Below, piece after piece: positions 56,797-64,000 of a stretch of 64,000 bases of DNA. Each line of letters starts with the position of its first letter. The first letter of the stretch is position 1. Source of the stretch: Octopus vulgaris (Eukaryota); assembly GCA_951406725.2 (NCBI GenBank), contig OX597821.1:105338001-105402000 (forward strand). Direction: 5' to 3'. Below the pieces are notes generated by a model that saw nothing but the letters and a program-made list of their open reading frames with translations, had not been told where the DNA came from and did not search any database. The position numbers were made by a program, and so were the translations under genes.

Positions 56797-57369
56797 ACAT
56801 GTTTGTATCATAATGGTTTTTAAGGGCCTGTTTAATACACATAAGAGTGAAGAAATCACATACGTTGGTCTATTGCGGCTCTTTTTGCGTTGCTTTAAAC
56901 TAAATACTTCTTTAAAAAAGCATAAGGTATCGAATAAGTTGAATTGTATAGCTAAGGTTTGCTCTGTCACATTTCAACGTCAGATAACGTACTTTACGGT
57001 ACAGAGTATCAATCTTAGATGAGTGTTGATAGGATTGTATCGAAATATTCCTGTAAGTTTCAAAATATATATAATTATGTTCAAATTATATAACAGAAAA
57101 TTGATTTTACTGTCATTCCAATGTAATCAATGCTTGTATTGATTAATGTTTGAAACTATCTGTGTCAGTGGTTGAACAGATAATTTATTTTTCTAAACAA
57201 TTCACGGTGACAGGACATAAGAATTTTGAGTTTGATTAGCAATGGCTTTTGCCCTTTGATTACTTCAAAAAAGAAAAAAAAAATGTTAAGCAAAAAACAA
57301 TGTATGAATCTGTGAAAGAAAGTATATGTATATAAGTACGTACGTATGTATACACGTCACACATACATG

Positions 57370-57403
<34 letters not shown>

Positions 57404-57412
57404 TACATACAT

Positions 57413-57467
<55 letters not shown>

Positions 57468-58334
57468 CATAAATATATATATATGTATATATATATATAC
57501 ATGTGTGCGTTTATATGTGTGTGCTCGTGTGTATGTGTGTGGGTGTAGGGGATATAAGTGAATATGCCTCTGCTTGGGTGTACATCTTTGGTTTGTTATC
57601 GGAGATTATAAGACGTCAAGAATAGCTGTCATGTCGTACAATAAACATGGTATGCAAATATATTAGCGTTGCAGTAATTCACTCAGCTCACGCAACACAC
57701 ACACAACACACGTACACAAACAGAGATGCACACACACACACAAACGTACGCACGGACACACACAAGCGTCCACACACACATACATATATACATACATATA
57801 TAGTGTCAAATAATTTACAAATAACATATCTATGTACGTTTCAATGTCAAATACACAATGGATACTTAATGTTTTTTACGCAAGTCACTTCATCAGAATT
57901 GTAACAGAGTGTATAATGATAGCTATTTATGATATACCAGATGCTTGAAAAAGCGGTATTCTAGAAAACTTTCCGACCATTGATTGTCGAGTTTAAATAT
58001 GTTACTTAGAAAAGGAGACAAATACTGAAGAAAATATCAAATTTCTATAGCAAAGTCGAGAAAGACGAACCAGATGACACTCTCAGAGGTCAAACATCAA
58101 TGTAGAGATTTGCAAAATATCAAATAATATATAAAGTAACCGAACACCTAAACACGCGCACACACACATGCAAACAAGCACACTCATTGGCACACATGCT
58201 TATATTCATGTATCTAAGTACTCCTACACAGCGAGAGATCATGTAATGGGAGAGCGACAGACAGACATAGAAGTACATACAAGCTTATTGTATACATGCA
58301 TATATTTATAGACGCATGAATGAATATAATGTAT

Positions 58335-58346
58335 ATATATAGATAG

Positions 58347-58415
<69 letters not shown>

Positions 58416-58958
58416 TAGATAGATAGATAGAGATTGATAGATAAATAGATAGAGATAGAGATAGATAGATAGATATAGATAGATAGATATAGATATATAT
58501 ATAGATAGATAGATAGATATAGATAGATATAGATAGATATATAGATAGATATAGATAGATAGATATGGATAGATACATATAGATAGATAGATAGATATAG
58601 ATAGACATATATAAATAGATAGATATAGATTGATGTAGATAGATAGATATAGATATAGATATAGATATAGATAGATATGGATATAGATATAGATATAGAT
58701 AGATATAGATAGATATAGATAGATATAAATAGATAGATATAAATAGATAGATAAAAATAGATAGATAACGATAGATAGATATAGATAGATAGATATACAT
58801 AGAGATAGATATATATAGATAGATATAGATAATAGATATAAATAGATAGATATAAATAGATAGATAAATATAGATAGATATAGATAGATATAGATAAATA
58901 GATATAGATAGATAGATAGATATAGATATATATAGATAGATAGATATTGATAGAGATT

Positions 58959-59042
<84 letters not shown>
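58335..59042. repeat. ~700 bp degenerate (GATA)n/(GATATA)n array
   Basis: Directly visible; explains the 283 and 300 aa SIYL ORFs. Confidence 0.97.
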
Positions 59043-59600
59043 CGGAAATCTATTACTATTGACACGGGACTGTGTGTGCACTCGTTTCCCGAGATTTTCT
59101 ACTGATTTATTGAGAACTTTGTTCTTCTCCAGCACTACCAAACTTGTCTTTGAAGCTCAGGGCATATTTGATCCTTAGACAGTGGGACTGTTTGACGTGA
59201 ATTCATGATGAGTTCCCACCACTCATCTGATTCTTTTCATTGAATAATGTTGAAATCTTATCCAGAGTATACTGCGTAGTTCGTATGGTTTAACTCCGAT
59301 TGTAAAGTGTATTCGATATTCGAAACATGAAATATATCTAGGATTATTAAAGGTGTTTCCTAGGAACCTACAATATAGATTTTCATGTTTCATTTATCTT
59401 ATATCTGTAGCCTGTATGCAATATCCTTGAGCACACATATTATAGAAACAATAAGGGAAAACTACTGGAAAATGTATAATTCAAATGTTCTTGGATCTAA
59501 TTGACGTACATTCTCTGCTAGATATTGTAAAGCTTTATATAATATGAACATATTAACTTTGGACATTGATATTCAGGTCATTATCAACTCCAGTATATAT

Positions 59601-60138
<538 letters not shown>

Positions 60139-60588
60139 CACCTCATGGTTTTAACAGCTATATGAACGTGATTGTTTTCTAAATATTGACCATGGAAATA
60201 ATATGCGATCACTACGTGTTCCTACCTGTGTATTAGAAATAATGATATGGCAACGAGGTTGTGCCATTTTATCTGCCTATGTAGCTGCATAAAAAATAAT
60301 AATATTGTGAGCGTGGTTTTCTTTTCTCATAAACATCCGACAGAACACCATTTGTGACTTATTGCTCATAGTGAATTAGATGAAAATGTATTTGAAAAAA
60401 TCTTCTTTCTCTACCGAGTATAAAAGAATGTTACTTTGATTATTATACCCGGAAATCTCTCTTTATTTTTTGTCAGTTCCATATATATTAATATACTATA
60501 TCATGGGAAATATATTATTTGAAGTTAGGTTTGCTTTGCTGTGTATTTCATATTATGTTATTGTAGCTCAACCCAAATCAGTGCTGTT

Positions 60589-60657
<69 letters not shown>

Positions 60658-62210
60658 ATACCTACGCACACATACATATATATATGTGTGTATGTGTGAG
60701 TGTGTGTGTGAAGCATTTCCTTCATTTTCCTCATTTCATGAACGCCCAACAAGAACAATTATATTTAGTTTTTATCTCATTTTTGTGTTGTTTCAAGTAC
60801 TATTAGAATGCATTGATATAAGATAACTATGCATCAAGTATTTTAGTTCTCTTAAAATCTTGGAATTGTTGTTTTCATGGTCCAGTGTTGTATGTACTTC
60901 ATAAAAAAAAAAATAGATATAATTCTATTGTTTTTGAAAAACCCTTGCAGATAGCAAGACAACGAGTGGTCAAACTAAAATAACCGACAATAAACCATAT
61001 CTTACGATAGGTGTTTTTAAATATCAGTGACTGATATTTGCAAGGGAAAATTCACAGGAACAGTACCGGCAATATTGCGCAGTGCCCTGACTATTCACGA
61101 AACTTATTCCATTTCCTGTAAACTTATCTCTACCTTGTATGTGAAACGCACTCTATGTACTATATCTAATCATACCTCTCAGCTTTACGGATTCAATGGC
61201 CAATTTTGTTATTTCAAAAAGTGTTTTAAACGATAGGTATATATTACAGTATCTATTGCAGCCGTGTGATTAAAATTCAGCTTCGTTTGATGAGATTTTA
61301 CATTCTGGAACATAACTTCGAAAACAACTTAAATTCCTTTTGAATGATGTAGGTATGTATATGGATACCACAAATGAATCGATTATGATGCGTGCGTCAT
61401 ATCAATTTTGTTCCTACGCAAAACATTCTGCTTATCTTCTTCACTTGGAAGATTGAATTTTTACTTATGCTGTAGCTAACTCAAACATACTCCTTGAAAT
61501 AATAACTATTCGTCTTCAAAAACCCATCATATGCATTGATAACAAAAGAATAATCTGGAAATACTGAAATCCAGATTTATCTTTCCCTTCGATTATTTAA
61601 AATTATCTAACGACTTCAACATATTTCAATTTTATACTAAATAAATATCGTAACCAAATACAATATTCTGCCTTCAGCAATATAGTTATCTACTACGTAC
61701 AGCGCGTGTAATCTACAAGGATTTCTGCATATATATGCAGTACTTCGATCTATGTCTCCTCATACAGCAGTTAAGACAAATAAATCGGGTTTCGTATTTG
61801 ATTTTCAAAGTAACAATCCATGCATAACTACCCATACAGGCATGGATTGTTACTTTTAAAATGCGTTTACAATATTGCTTTAAAATACTTTTTTTTCAGT
61901 TAAAACCGTCTTCTTGCATTAACGGTGTTAACCACTGGTTGGAGCTGACCAAGAATGTGAGCACAGAACTTTGCAGAGCAAAAAGTATACTGAAGCCTTT
62001 CTTTGATTACATTGTCGTGAAAACCTAGTCTGGGAATTAGTACTTCTTTTTAATTTACCACACTTTGGTCCCTTGAAAATGCCCCCAGAAGACGCCATTT
62101 TCCACTCACTAACCTATAATAATAATCCCACGCATACAAACATATATACATATTATGAATATGTACTTCCGTAGCAAGTGACCTGATCTGAGATCGTGTG
62201 CTGGAACGAA

Positions 62211-62500
62211 AACAATTGCAGTGTGGAAGGTGTTTATAAACCATTTAAGAAACACACAAAAGCCGTTAGATGCACATCAACATATAAATTTAATTTGTAA
62301 AAATATTTTCGGCGCTTTCAGACCGCGACCTGTTCACTGACAAAACTTCGTTTTGCAGCACGAAGTTTCGTTAGTGAACATGTCGCGGTGTGAAAGCGAC
62401 GAAAATATTTTGACAAATTAAATTTAAATGTTGAAGTGAATCTAACGGTTTTTGCGTGTTTCTTAAATACCTTATAAACACCTTCCACGCTGCAATTGTT
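62211..62500. mobile_element. ~290 bp near-perfect palindromic element
   Basis: aacaattgcagtgtggaaggtgtttataa / ttataaacaccttccacgctgcaattgtt ends; arms pair through to the centre cttcg..cgaag. Confidence 0.88.
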
Positions 62501-62599
62501 AAATATATATATATATAGAGAGAGAGAAAATAGTAAAAAGTGAAACTACAGAAGGCTTGTTTTAAAAGGTTAAAAAATATATATTTGAGTCAATATGTC

Positions 62600-63038
62600 T
62601 GAAGAATATTATAAATGTTATTCTTACAATGACATAGTTTAGAAGAAAGACCGGTTTCGCGTTTAGCTTTTCAAATTTCTTACGTCGTTATGTTTATGTT
62701 GAGAGAGTTATCGTTATGTTTATGTTGAAAAGAGTTCTAGATAAGGGGAGGTAATAAGTGATTTCTTCCGGTGTAAGGGAGATGATCGCTTAAAATTTTT
62801 TGCCTTTCCCTTGGTGTGAATTTCTCTGTATAAGTATGTTGGAATGGTTAAGTCTGGGCTTGTACTTTTCAATGAAGATTGTTTCCTTGTTTAGTCTAAT
62901 TTGAGTTGATGATCCGATAGCACATTGGTAAAATGGAAAGATTAAAAATTGTGGTAGTAGTTGCTTTGCGCATTTCTCAATGTGCTCACTAAAAGGTATC
63001 ATTCTGTATTCTGGGGATGCAATCTGTTGTCGATGCAT
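62600..63038 (-). mobile_element. Penelope-like element 3' end: GIY-YIG C-terminus plus pLTR with decayed hammerhead
   Basis: HRQQI..PEYRMIPFSEHIEKCA..FLIFPFY..RLNKETIFIEKYKPRLN; downstream AAGAAA-TTTGAAAA-GC..GC-GAAACCGGTC-TTTCTT at 62681-62643. Confidence 0.8.
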
Positions 63039-63096
<58 letters not shown>

Positions 63097-63458
63097 CAGA
63101 GAGAGAGAGAGAGCGAGACAGACAGACAGACAGAATGACAGGGTGTGAGAGTGATTAATTAATTAATAGATATATGCATGGAAACACTAGTACACGATTA
63201 TAAGATACGATCAACACACGGGTATTAACATATAAAGAGAAACTTTAATAGCGACTTCGAAAATTCGGTTGGCTCAGCGTCATCTGATCGATATTTATTC
63301 CTTTCTTTGAACAACTTTCTCTCTTGCGTCTTGCGTTTAGGTTTGGCTTAAGGTTTCGAATGTAGACGGCGTAATCTGACTAATAATTATGTATTGTATA
63401 GACAGGGGGATGGCTTTATAGGAAGAGGAAAATAGAGAATGTTATAGGGATGAATTTG

Positions 63459-63700
63459 AAGGCGCGTCGCTTAGTGGTTAGAGTGTTTGTTTCATGTTCG
63501 TAAGATTGTGATTTCGATTCCAGGAACGGACGACGCGTTGTGTTCTTGAGTCCAACACTTCACTTCACGTTGCTCTCCTCTACTCGCCTGGCAAAGGTGA
63601 GTAATCTTTCAACGGATCGGCGTCCCGTCCAGGTGGGAAATACATATAATATGGAAACCGGGAAACCAGCCTTATGTGTCTGTATGACTCGGGTAAACAA
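63459..63700 (+). mobile_element. tRNA-derived SINE (head B, V-like core)
   Basis: ggcgcgtcgcttagtggttagag..tttcgattcc..cggcgtcccgtccagg..gaaaccgggaaacc. Confidence 0.8.
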
Positions 63701-64000
63701 CGTTACATATTTCTTTTACGAAATGTATGTATTTGTTTGTACAATTTAGCCTGTGAGGAACATATGGTGGAGAGAGTAGTTCTGATTTGAAACTGGGATT
63801 TGTTAGAAAAGGAGTATGATTCTGTGTTACATTCGGATGATGATACATGTCAATTTAAGATCTTTTTTGTGACCGAACAAGTTTCTTAGTGCGTATATAT
63901 ATGGGAAAGGTGAAAGGGTGTTAGTACGAGGGGGTGACATAGCGAGGGTGACTGATATCAGGGAAGAGGAGAAAAATGTTGTGTAACCGAAAACTATGGA

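Noticed and set aside
58214-59141. Long ORFs of 283 and 300 aa
   Set aside because: Translations of the (GATA)n array (SIYL repeats); no coding complexity

Overview
AT-rich, microsatellite-dense animal genomic DNA; the SINE and retrotransposon content suggests a cephalopod, probably Octopus (inference). I find no credible host protein-coding exon, and most ORFs in the track are translations of simple repeats. The window is dominated by transposon debris. (1) At ~33.2-41.5 kb there is a co-oriented (minus-strand) stack of at least five R4/Dong-like RLE-type non-LTR retrotransposon copies from about four subfamilies, interleaved with a ~560 bp non-coding, non-tRNA element; nearly every junction is a (TAA)n tract. 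(2) Penelope-like (RT + GIY-YIG) remnants and several short segments carry minimal type-I hammerhead-ribozyme folds, two with an unusual CUGUUGA core. (3) There are more than 25 tRNA-type SINE copies with swapped heads and tails. (4) There are CR1, RTE, mariner and Helentron-type fragments. (5) There are several long palindromes. The most promising leads are the TAA-targeting retrotransposon with its candidate non-autonomous partner, and the variant hammerhead motifs. Coordinates of decayed elements are approximate (tens of bp).
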